Shown here: piece by piece, positions 40,834 to 49,510 of the stretch
Numbering within the stretch: position 1 is the first letter of the stretch
Layout of the letters: every line of letters starts with the position of its first letter
From: Phycisphaeraceae bacterium
GTDB lineage: Bacteria > Planctomycetota > Phycisphaerae > Phycisphaerales > Phycisphaeraceae
Direction: 5' to 3'
Length of the DNA stretch: 64,000 bases
Assembly: GCA_963674705.1 (NCBI GenBank)
Contig: OY771506.1
Coordinates: forward strand, 1,632,001-1,696,000
Notes under the pieces: model-generated
Told to the model about the DNA's origin: nothing
Databases searched by the model: none
Seen by the model: the letters and a program-made list of their open reading frames with translations, nothing else
Position numbers and translations under genes: made by a program

Positions 40834-42253
40834 GCGTAACCTCGTCGAGTTTCGCGCCGGACCGATCCACAAGTTCAATGTGCATCGGCATTTGCCCCAC
40901 CGCGTGGGTCGAGCAGCTCAGGCACGGGTCGTAGGTTCGGATGACCGCTTCGACGCGGTTGAGCATGCCTTCGGTCAGGTTCTTGCCGTCCACAAACGCC
41001 TCGGCGACCTGCTTGATGCCGCGGTTCATGGCGATGTTGTTGTGGCCGGTGGCGATGATCAGGTTCGCCCACTTCATCTGGCCGGTGGTCCGATCGATCT
41101 TGTAGTGGTGGATCAGCGTGCCGCGCGGGGCTTCGGAGATGCCGACGCCCTCGGAGCGGTTGGGCCTTGCGTGGGCTCGGACGTGGTCGCTGAGGATGTC
41201 CTTATCCTTGAGGAATCTTTCTATACGTTCAACGCCTGTAAGGATTTCCAGCAATCGTGCCCAGTGGAAGTGGAAGCTGCTCTGGGCGGGATAGCCCGCG
41301 ACCTTGCGGAAGTCTTCCAGTTCCGCATCGGCCTTGGGTGTGCCGAAGCCGGAGCAGATGTTCACACGCGCCAGCGGGCCGACGCGGTAGATGCCCTGCG
41401 GGTAGCCCATCGGCTTGTAGTACGGGAACTTCAAGTAGGTGTAGTCAGCCACGGCTTCACCGATGTACTCGTGATACTCACGGTGCGTGATGCTGTCGTG
41501 CATCACTTTGCCGCGCGAGTCGGTCATGCGTAGCTTGCCGTCGTAGTGTTCCCACTGGCCTTCGGGGGTCACTAAACCCATGAACAGCGTCTCAAAGTTC
41601 GCGAACGCTTCGATTTCCTTTTCAAAATCGCCTAGACAACCCTTGAACCAGTCGAGCGTACGCAGGACGATCTCTTTGGTTTCCGGGATCATGGCAGCGA
41701 TCTTGTCGCGGCGTTCTTCGTTCAGTGGTTCGTTGACGCCGCCGGGCACGGTCCACGCGGGGTGGATGCGTTTCTTGCCGAGGATCTCGATGATCTGTTG
41801 GCCGAACGAACGCAAGCGGATGCCGTCACGCGCACGTTCCGGATGATCCTGGATCAGGCCGAAGACGTTGCGCTTCGCGGGGTCGGAGTCCATACCGAGC
41901 AGGATGTCGGGGCTGGAGAGGTGGAAGAAGCTGAGCGCGTGCGACTGGATGAACTGTGCGAGGTTCATGATGCGTCGCAGCTTCACGCCGACGGGCGGGA
42001 CTTCCACGGCGAGCAGGTCGTCGCATGCTTTGCTGGAAGCCATGAGGTGGCTGACCGGGCAGATACCGCAGATGCGAGCCATGACGGCGGGCATTTCGGT
42101 AAGGGGTCGGCCTTCGATGAACTTCTCGAAGCCGCGGAACTGCGTGACGTGGAACATCGCATCATCGATCCCGCCGTCGTCGTTGAGAACAAGCGTGATC
42201 TTGGCGTGGCCTTCGATACGGGTTACGGGATCGATGGTAATGGTTTTAGGCAT
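40826..42253 (-). CDS. hoxH: Group 3d NiFe hydrogenase large subunit
   Basis: [37 protein letters not shown] plus cleavable tail. Confidence 0.96.
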   Translation of the reverse strand: MPKTITIDPVTRIEGHAKITLVLNDDGGIDDAMFHVTQFRGFEKFIEGRPLTEMPAVMARICGICPVSHLMASSKACDDLLAVEVPPVGVKLRRIMNLAQFIQSHALSFFHLSSPDILLGMDSDPAKRNVFGLIQDHPERARDGIRLRSFGQQIIEILGKKRIHPAWTVPGGVNEPLNEERRDKIAAMIPETKEIVLRTLDWFKGCLGDFEKEIEAFANFETLFMGLVTPEGQWEHYDGKLRMTDSRGKVMHDSITHREYHEYIGEAVADYTYLKFPYYKPMGYPQGIYRVGPLARVNICSGFGTPKADAELEDFRKVAGYPAQSSFHFHWARLLEILTGVERIERFLKDKDILSDHVRAHARPNRSEGVGISEAPRGTLIHHYKIDRTTGQMKWANLIIATGHNNIAMNRGIKQVAEAFVDGKNLTEGMLNRVEAVIRTYDPCLSCSTHAVGQMPMHIELVDRSGAKLDEVTRG

Positions 42254-42318
42254 CGTCGTATCTGCCGAATGTAGGGTTCAAAAGTTAGGCGTTTTCGCCT
42301 GTAAATTTCACTAAATAG

Positions 42319-42867
42319 TTAGCGGCCGAATCTTGTCAGCGCGTTGATGTCGGGTTCGCGGCCTTCGAGCAGGTCGACGAGGACCTGGAAGATCGCATCG
42401 GCCGGCGGCGGGCAACCGGGCAGGTAGATGTCGACGTCGATGACCTCGTGGATGGGCTTTGCCTTGGGCAATAGCGGCGGGAGGTAGCTGGCCGGTGGCT
42501 TGCGATCTTTGGGTGTCGAGGCGTTTTCGACGTACGCACGTTCGAGCAGGACGGCCGGCTTGAACGGGTTACGCATCGCCGGGACGTTGCCCGTCACCGC
42601 GCAGTCACCGAGCGAGATCACGAGCTTGCTGCGCTGCCGGATGATCTGTGCTTTGTGCAGGTCTTCTTCGCTGGAGACGGCGCCCTCGACGAGGGTGACA
42701 TCCACATCGTGCGGGAAGTCTTTGGGGTCGACGATAGGCGAGTGGACGATGTCCACGAGTCCGGCGAGGGCGATCAACCGCTCGTCGATATCCAGGAAAG
42801 ACATATGGCAACCCGAGCAGCCATCGAGCCAGACGGTTGCGACTTTGGGTTTGGCTTTGTCAGACAT
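42319..42867 (-). CDS. hoxY: Hydrogenase small subunit
   Basis: WLDGCSGCHMSFLD, GDCAVTGNVP, LPGCPP. Confidence 0.95.
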   Translation of the reverse strand: MSDKAKPKVATVWLDGCSGCHMSFLDIDERLIALAGLVDIVHSPIVDPKDFPHDVDVTLVEGAVSSEEDLHKAQIIRQRSKLVISLGDCAVTGNVPAMRNPFKPAVLLERAYVENASTPKDRKPPASYLPPLLPKAKPIHEVIDVDIYLPGCPPPADAIFQVLVDLLEGREPDINALTRFGR

Positions 42868-43598
42868 TAATCATCCTCCCGCATGAGGGACAGGTAAGGC
42901 AGGAACTTACGGCGTTTGGCCATTTCACCGGCGCTGGTGCCCTTCTCGGTCAGCGCGCCGGTCGGGCAGACGTGCACACACTTGCTGCAACTGGTACAGG
43001 TGTCGCTGTTGCCCCATGGCATGTTCAGATCGTTGACGACCATGCAGTCGATGCCTCGACCCATGATGTCCTTGGTGTGAGCGCCTTCGATTTCGTCGCA
43101 GACCCGCACGCAGCGCGAGCAGAGGATGCAGCGGTTGTGATCGAGGCGGAACTGGCTGTGCGAGCTGTCGACGGTGAGGCTCGGGTAGCGGTACGGCACG
43201 TGGACGTGCGTGACACCGAGCTTGGTCGCCATGGATTGCAGGTCGCAGTTGCCGTTGGAGACGCAGACGCTGCAGACGTGGTTGCGTTCGGCGAACATCA
43301 ACTCAAGGATGGTCTTGCGATACGCTTCCAATCGCGGCGAGTGCGTGAGCACTTCCATCTGCTGGTAGCAGGCGGTGGTGCATGCCGGCATGAGTCTGCC
43401 TTGGGGCAGGACCTCAACGAGGCAGAGGCGGCAGCCGCCCCAGGCGCTGAGGCCTTCCATGTAGCAGAGCGCGGGGATTTCGATGCCGTTTTCCTTCGCG
43501 ACCTGCAACACCGTCTGGTCCGCCTGCGCGGTGACGTCGGTGTCATTGATCTTGATCGTGAAGGTTTCGGGATGGTGGACGACGCTTTTTGGACTCAT
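42867..43598 (-). CDS. hoxU: Diaphorase Fe-S subunit
   Basis: [44 protein letters not shown]. Confidence 0.94.
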   Translation of the reverse strand: MSPKSVVHHPETFTIKINDTDVTAQADQTVLQVAKENGIEIPALCYMEGLSAWGGCRLCLVEVLPQGRLMPACTTACYQQMEVLTHSPRLEAYRKTILELMFAERNHVCSVCVSNGNCDLQSMATKLGVTHVHVPYRYPSLTVDSSHSQFRLDHNRCILCSRCVRVCDEIEGAHTKDIMGRGIDCMVVNDLNMPWGNSDTCTSCSKCVHVCPTGALTEKGTSAGEMAKRRKFLPYLSLMREDD

Positions 43599-45247
43599 GA
43601 CTTCACCTCCGCGGCTTTCGTGGCCGCCGCGCCCTTGCCGTTACCCGACGGGGAAACCAGCCGTTCGGTGTATTCGTGTTCGAAGTATCGGAGTGTGCTG
43701 AGCACGGGGTTCGGCGCGGTCTGGCCCAGGCCGCATAGGCTGGTGTGCTTGACCACGTCGCACAGTTCCTTAAGCAGGTCGAGGTCTTTTTGTGTGGCCT
43801 CGCCCTTGTAGATCTTGTCGAGCAGTTCGTACATCTGCCAGGTGCCGACGCGGCAGGGAACGCACTTGCCGCAGGATTCACTCATGCAGAATTCCATGAA
43901 GAACTTGGCGACGTCGACCATGTTGGACGTTTCGTCCATGACGATCATGCCGCCGGAGCCCATGATGGAGCCGACCTCGGCGAGTGATTCGTAGTCGACG
44001 TTCATGTCGAGGAACTGGTCGGGGATGCAGCCGCCGGAGGGTCCGCCGGTCTGTACGGCCTTGAGCTTGCGGCCGTCGGACACGCCGCCACCGATGTCGA
44101 AGATGATGTCGCGTAGTCTCATGCCCATGGGGACTTCGATCAGGCCGGTGTTGTTGATGCTGCCGGCGAGAGCGAAGACCTTGGTGCCCTTGCTCTTTTC
44201 GGTGCCGATGGAGGCGTACCATTCGCCGCCCTCGCGAACGATGGCGGGGATGTTGGAGAGTGTTTCGACGTTGTTGATACAGGTGGGCTTGCCGAACAGG
44301 CCGACGTTCGCCGGGTAAGGCGGACGCGGTCGTGGCTGGCCGCGTTTACCTTCGATCGAAGCGATCAGCGCGGTTTCTTCGCCGCAGACGAAGGCGCCTG
44401 CACCGAGGCGGATTTCGATATCGAAGTTGAACGGTGTGCCGCAGATGCCTCGGCCGAGTACGCCGGCGCGGGCCGCCTGCTTGATCGCGAGCTTCAGGCG
44501 TTTGATGGCGAGCGGGTATTCGGCTCGTACGTAGATGTAGCCCTGGTCTGCGCCGACGGCGTAGGCACAGATGGCCATGCCTTCGAGCAGACGGTGTGGG
44601 TCGCTTTCCAAGACGGCACGGTCCATGAACGCGCCGGGGTCGCCTTCGTCAGCGTTACAGATGACGTACTTCTGCTCGCTGCTGTTCTTGGCGACGTTGG
44701 ACCACTTCAGGCCGGTCGGGTAACCGCCGCCGCCACGGCCACGCAGCCCGCTGGTCTTCACCTCTTCGCGGACGTCGTGAGGCGTCATCTCGGTCAGGGC
44801 ATGTGCCAGGGCGCTGTAGCCGCCGACCGCGATGTAGTCTTCGATGCGTTCCGGGTCGATCCGGCCGGAGTTCTCGAGGACGACGCGTTTCTGCTTGGTG
44901 AAGAACGGGACGTCGGTCGGGCAGACGAGGCGGTCGACGGGCTTGCCGCCGACGCTCTTAGCGATGTCCTTCGCGTCATCGGGTGTGACGTTCTGGTACA
45001 TGGTTTCCTTACCGTCTACATCGACGGAAACAAGCGGGCCGGCGGAGCAGAGGCCCATGCAGCCGACGCACTTGACCTTGCAGTCTTCCTTGCCTTCGGC
45101 CTTGAGGGACTCTTCGAGTTTCTCGACGACCTGGTCGGCCTGCGAGGAGAGGCAGCTTGCTGCCATGCAGACGCGGACGGTCTTCTTGTTTTGTTTCGCG
45201 GCGGCCGCTTCTTTGTCGGCCAAGGCTTTGAGTTCATCAGGAGTCAT
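43595..45247 (-). CDS. hoxF: Diaphorase flavoprotein subunit
   Basis: [51 protein letters not shown]. Confidence 0.94.
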   Translation of the reverse strand: MTPDELKALADKEAAAAKQNKKTVRVCMAASCLSSQADQVVEKLEESLKAEGKEDCKVKCVGCMGLCSAGPLVSVDVDGKETMYQNVTPDDAKDIAKSVGGKPVDRLVCPTDVPFFTKQKRVVLENSGRIDPERIEDYIAVGGYSALAHALTEMTPHDVREEVKTSGLRGRGGGGYPTGLKWSNVAKNSSEQKYVICNADEGDPGAFMDRAVLESDPHRLLEGMAICAYAVGADQGYIYVRAEYPLAIKRLKLAIKQAARAGVLGRGICGTPFNFDIEIRLGAGAFVCGEETALIASIEGKRGQPRPRPPYPANVGLFGKPTCINNVETLSNIPAIVREGGEWYASIGTEKSKGTKVFALAGSINNTGLIEVPMGMRLRDIIFDIGGGVSDGRKLKAVQTGGPSGGCIPDQFLDMNVDYESLAEVGSIMGSGGMIVMDETSNMVDVAKFFMEFCMSESCGKCVPCRVGTWQMYELLDKIYKGEATQKDLDLLKELCDVVKHTSLCGLGQTAPNPVLSTLRYFEHEYTERLVSPSGNGKGAAATKAAEVKS

Positions 45248-45747
45248 TTGGCCACCAACCCTTCGATCTTGCTCATCATGTTTTCAGGTGTCACCTTGCC
45301 GGAGACCTCACCGTCGAAGACGACGGCCGGCGCCAGGCCGCACGCACCGACGCAGCGGGCACACATGAGTGAGACCTCGCCGTCTTCGGTGGTTTCGCCG
45401 GGCTTGATCCCCAACTTCTGTTCCATCGCGTCGATGAGCTTGGGCGCGCCCTTGATGTAGCAGGCGGTTCCCTGGCAGACGACGCAAGTGTGCTTACCCT
45501 TGGGCTTGAGTGTGAAGAAGTGGTAGAAGGTGGCGACGCCGTAGGCTGCACTTAACGGGACGCGTAGGCGTTGGGCGACGAACCGCAGGGCGGTGTCGTC
45601 GATGTAGCCGAAGGCCTCCTGTACGGTGTGCAGTGTTTCGATCAGCGCATGTCGATTGAGCCCGTTGCGGCGTGCGGTGCCGTCAACGATGCGCCAGCGT
45701 TTGTCATCGCTGGGTAGATCGACCTTGGGTTTTGGGATCGCTGCCAT
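45244..45747 (-). CDS. hoxE: Diaphorase [2Fe-2S] subunit
   Basis: [30 protein letters not shown]. Confidence 0.93.
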   Translation of the reverse strand: MAAIPKPKVDLPSDDKRWRIVDGTARRNGLNRHALIETLHTVQEAFGYIDDTALRFVAQRLRVPLSAAYGVATFYHFFTLKPKGKHTCVVCQGTACYIKGAPKLIDAMEQKLGIKPGETTEDGEVSLMCARCVGACGLAPAVVFDGEVSGKVTPENMMSKIEGLVAK

Positions 45748-46275
45748 GATCAGCTCTCGTATAAACGGTCATAGACAAAAATCGCCCCCCGATGGGGCAA
45801 CCGCGTCTCGACGTATTGGTATAGGTCGAGTGCGCGGGACAGTTAACGTTATCGGACGGATAAGGTGCGTCGCGAAGCGTCCGCAACGGGCGCGGGTATA
45901 CGGGTGTTGGGATTCGCGAACGGCAGGCATTATCACGGGCCCTTCGACAAACAACTCCAGTGGGTCAAGAATAGAAGATAGCGGGCTCCGAAGAGTTTGT
46001 AAACACGACGTCGGCTGAATGTACGGCGGGTTTTAGGCGGCAGCAAGTATCCACAAATAATGTATTTATGAATTTGAGAATCAGTTGCAAAAACAAGGAT
46101 GAGATTGGCTTTTGATCGTTGTTTTGAAGTGCGTGCGGGGCAGGATTTATATAGATATGGGCGGGAATTTGTGGGCGGGGTGTGGGGATTTGGGGGTTGG
46201 GGTGTCTGATGGGGAAGACTGTGGGTTGATTTATATGTGAACGGGGATAAAGGACCGCAAGTGTGAGTGTATTAC

Positions 46276-46307
46276 ACGACTGCCCGCGTTGCGTTGTGAT
46301 GTGGCTA
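46276..46307. repeat. Degenerate family C hairpin
   Basis: ACGACTGCCCGCGTTGCGTTGTGATGTGGCTA. Confidence 0.6.
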
Positions 46308-46631
46308 TCACGAGAAAGCGATACGGGCGATTAGGAGAAGGACCAGCAAGGTCAGGTATATGGCTGACAAGGTGTTCAGGATCAGCCCCGCGAGGCCATG
46401 TGTGATGTTTCCTTTGCTTGTCAGGCAATGGATGCTCTTTGTGTATCCGAAAACAATAAAGCCCATAAAACCGAGCAACTGGATCAGGTCAAAGATCAGG
46501 AATATGGATCGGGAAGTGTCGGCGCTGGATATCTGGGATGCAAGGGCGCCGAGCAGCAACAGGTACAGGCATCCTGCTAAGGGTGCATGCCAAGCGAGAT
46601 GGGGGCTGTCGATGGAACGTGATGGGTCCAT
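46308..46631 (-). CDS. Hypothetical three-TM membrane protein
   Basis: ATG start, three hydrophobic segments, fills the gap between two repeats. Confidence 0.55.
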   Translation of the reverse strand: MDPSRSIDSPHLAWHAPLAGCLYLLLLGALASQISSADTSRSIFLIFDLIQLLGFMGFIVFGYTKSIHCLTSKGNITHGLAGLILNTLSAIYLTLLVLLLIARIAFS

Positions 46632-46716
46632 TGTGTCATTCTATATGTTACCTAGGCCAAGCACGGCTAAGACTTGTTGATTCTATCAACATCAGAAGTC
46701 TTCAAGCACAAGCCAC

Positions 46717-46817
46717 CCGGCCCTCACCCTAACCCTCTGCCGCCCCCGGAATAGGGAGAGGGGACCGGAAGTGGACGCGTTTGAAACGACTGCCCGCGTT
46801 GCGTCGCAACGCGGCTA
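46717..46817. repeat. Composite family R REP plus family C hairpin
   Basis: CCGGCCCTCACCCTAACCCTC...GGGAGAGGGGACCGG then ACGACTGCCCGCGTTGCGTCGCAACGCGGCTA. Confidence 0.85.
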
Positions 46818-46898
46818 TTAAGGAGTTGGTTACATCCGGTCTTCATAAGCGTATATCGCTATCATGAAGATGGTTGTCGAGTATTTCTGGAGCCGGGT

Positions 46899-47345
46899 AT
46901 GTCATTTAAAACCAAAGTGAAACGGTGTGTCGTCGGCATGGTCGCGGTGATGATGTTGTTGGGTGCGGGGTGTGATGGGCGTTCTGCTTCATCAACCCAA
47001 TCGACTAACACGGCATCGCTCAAGACGAAGCACGTGGTGGACCTGACGCCTGAAGCGGCGCGTGAATTTAAGAAGCAGCTTTCATCGAGCGGCCTGTCGG
47101 AAGGGGCCTATCTGCGCGTTGCGGTCCATAAGTCGGGGGATGATACATGCGCGTTTACCTATGCACTTGATATCACTGAGGACGTTGATCCGGATCATGA
47201 CTGGTACAGCGAATCAGAAGGGGTGCGCATTCTCGTTGATGCTGCCAGCGAGCCTTACCTGAACGGTGCGACGATTGACTATCTTGTGTCGGAAGAGGGG
47301 AAGGGTTTTTCGTTTGATAATCCGAACGCGGAGAAGGCTGAGTAG
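46899..47345 (+). CDS. HesB/IscA-like protein with lipoprotein signal, lacking C-terminal CxC
   Basis: LGAG-C lipobox; VDLTPEAA, YLRVAV, GVRILVD, YLNGATIDY, GFSFDNPNA. Confidence 0.8.
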   Translation: MSFKTKVKRCVVGMVAVMMLLGAGCDGRSASSTQSTNTASLKTKHVVDLTPEAAREFKKQLSSSGLSEGAYLRVAVHKSGDDTCAFTYALDITEDVDPDHDWYSESEGVRILVDAASEPYLNGATIDYLVSEEGKGFSFDNPNAEKAE

Positions 47346-47410
47346 CGGTGGGCGGAGGGGGTAATTGGATTCATTCGGCGTTCATTATCAAGTTCGTGCA
47401 CACAATCCAT

Positions 47411-47501
47411 CCGGCCCTCACCCTAACCCTCTCCCGTGGGGAGAGGGGACCGGAATTGTTCGTATTGTAAACGACTGCCCGCATTGCGTCGCAACGCGGC
47501 T
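47411..47501. repeat. Composite family R REP plus family C hairpin
   Basis: Same composite as 46717-46817. Confidence 0.85.
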
Positions 47502-47583
47502 GGAATCGAAAAAGTTACATCCGGTCTTCATAAGCGCATATCGCTAACATGAAGATGGTTGTTGAGGTTTTCTGGAGCCGGGT

Positions 47584-48030
47584 ATGTCATTTAGTAACAA
47601 GGTAAAACAGTGCGTCGTAGGGATGGTTTCGCGTATGAAGTTGTTGTTTGCGGGGCGGGGTGGGCGTTCTGCTTCATCAAATCAATCGGTTAACTCGGTG
47701 TCGCTTAGGTCGAAGCACATGGTGGATCTGACGCCGAGAGCAGCGTGTGAGTTTAAGAGGCTGATTTCATCGTGTGGCTTGTCGGGAGACATTTATCTGC
47801 GGATTGTGGTCGATAAGACAATGAGTAATACGGGTGAATACTCTTATGCACTTGATATTACCAACTACGTTTATCCGGATAATGACTGGTACTGCGAATC
47901 AGAGGGTGTACGTATCGTGGTCGATTCTGTCAGTGAGTTGCGCCTGAACGGTGCGATGATAGATTATGTGGTCATGGATGGAAGGCCCGGATTCCTGTTT
48001 GATAATCCGAATGCGAAGGCGGTTGAGTAG
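47584..48030 (+). CDS. Tandem paralogue of the HesB/IscA-like protein (lipobox lost)
   Basis: Same length (148 aa), colinear, shared 5' and 3' flanks. Confidence 0.75.
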   Translation: MSFSNKVKQCVVGMVSRMKLLFAGRGGRSASSNQSVNSVSLRSKHMVDLTPRAACEFKRLISSCGLSGDIYLRIVVDKTMSNTGEYSYALDITNYVYPDNDWYCESEGVRIVVDSVSELRLNGAMIDYVVMDGRPGFLFDNPNAKAVE

Positions 48031-48095
48031 CGGTGGGCAGAGGGGGTAGTTGGATTCATTCAGCGTTCATTATCAAGTTCGTACTCACAATCAAT

Positions 48096-48197
48096 CCGGC
48101 CCTCACCCTAACCCTACTCCGGGGGCTCCCGCGGGGAGAGGGGACTGGAGTTGTTCGCGTTTGAAACGACTGCCCGCGTTGCGTCGCAACGCGGCTA
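48096..48197. repeat. Composite family R REP plus family C hairpin
   Basis: Third copy of the composite. Confidence 0.85.
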
Positions 48198-48233
48198 TTA
48201 AAAACCAGTTGTTATTGACACAAAATTTGTTCA

Positions 48234-49124
48234 TCAGGAAGCGGTGATCTGGTTGATCAGGTACCGCCCCACTTTGTGGTTGTATGTAAGCAGATCGTCG
48301 AGCAGTTCCATGGGGATGCGTCTTATGGCTTGATGGACTTCAAATGCGAACGGCCCGCGGAATTGGATTTCTTTTAAGGCTGAGCAGACGGCGTTCCAGT
48401 CGACGGCTGGGGAGGTGATGCTGAAGGGTAGGACGTGGTCGTCGCGGTCGGGGCCGGACTTGGTTTCCTGGATGTGGATGGCTTTGAGGCGGTGGCCGAG
48501 GGTGGTGATACCCTGGTATTGGTTTTGGTTGTTGATGTGGGCGTGGCCGGTGTCCCAGCAGGCGCCGATGAGGGGGTGGTTGATCTGGTCGATCAGGGCG
48601 CACTGTTCATCGGGGGCGGCGGCGATGTAGTGGGGGCTGTTTTTGTTCTGGGCGTAGTAGTCGAAGATGTTTTCGATGGCGACACCGACGTTGTACTTTT
48701 CGCAAGTCTCGATGAGCGAGCGGAAGAAGTCGGTATTGGTTTTGAACATGTGGGCGCGGTGTTCGGGGCCGCCGTCGCCGGGGCAGACGTCGGGGTGGAG
48801 GACCATCCAGGGGATGCCGAGGCGGCCGCAGACTTTCAGGGCGTGGTGGCAGCCCTGGCGGGATTGCTGGGCGTCAGAGTCGGTGTTGAACATCTCGAAG
48901 AACGGGCCGTGTGCCTGGACCCATTCGAGGCCGGCGTCTTTGGCCCATTGGTTGCGCTGGTCGGCCCAGGCGAAGGCGGCGGCATCGTCGGACCAATCGA
49001 CATCATCGACGAACTTGTAGAACGGCAGGTCGATGCCATCGAAGCCGGCGCGGGCGAGTGCGGCGAAAAGCTGGGGCTCGGTGACGTTGTCGGGGCGGAT
49101 GTTGGTGCTGGTGGCGATCTTCAT
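48234..49124 (-). CDS. Sugar phosphate isomerase/epimerase (xylose isomerase-like TIM barrel)
   Basis: AGFDGIDL, VAIEN, CWDTGHAH, IHIQE, DDHVLPF, FAFEV. Confidence 0.85.
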   Translation of the reverse strand: MKIATSTNIRPDNVTEPQLFAALARAGFDGIDLPFYKFVDDVDWSDDAAAFAWADQRNQWAKDAGLEWVQAHGPFFEMFNTDSDAQQSRQGCHHALKVCGRLGIPWMVLHPDVCPGDGGPEHRAHMFKTNTDFFRSLIETCEKYNVGVAIENIFDYYAQNKNSPHYIAAAPDEQCALIDQINHPLIGACWDTGHAHINNQNQYQGITTLGHRLKAIHIQETKSGPDRDDHVLPFSITSPAVDWNAVCSALKEIQFRGPFAFEVHQAIRRIPMELLDDLLTYNHKVGRYLINQITAS

Positions 49125-49144
49125 GGGGACTCACTTATTGGGAT

Positions 49145-49368
49145 TAGCCGCGAATGAACGTAGCAGGATTTTTAGCCGCAAATGAACGCTAATGGACGCG
49201 AATGAAGGGGGTGTGGTTGGTGGTTAGTAGTTGGTCATCAAATCATCGAACCTGGTTCCTCAGCTTGAAGTTTTCCAATCCCCAATCCCTAACCCCCAAA
49301 TCTTAATTCGCGTTGATTGGCGTTCATTTGCGGCTAAACATCTTCGCGGCCTTCGCGCCTTCGCGGTT
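49145..49368. mobile_element. Family B element, copy 3 (opposite orientation)
   Basis: Inner arms 49173-49203 and about 49306-49336, heptamer cores reverse-complementary to copies 1-2, outer arm CTTCGCGGCCTTCGCGCCTTCGCGGTT. Confidence 0.75.
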
Positions 49369-49510
49369 GGCTGGTTTTCCACAGATTATCGGCCTTTGTA
49401 GCGGGGGAGGGGTTTTGTCGCAAAGCGGGGCGGGATGCCGATAAAAGTTAACCGTTGCGCGGTGAGTCTGCGCGACGTAAGACCGTGTTGAATCAAGGAC
49501 TAGGAACATC

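Noticed and set aside
46050..46078. ATAA-TGTAT-TTATG resembling E. coli dif
   Set aside because: Spacer is 5 bp rather than 6, the outer arms do not match, and the skew polarity is origin-like.
46276..48197. True integron
   Set aside because: No intI and no RYYYAAC/GTTRRRY attC cores; the enclosed genes differ in orientation.
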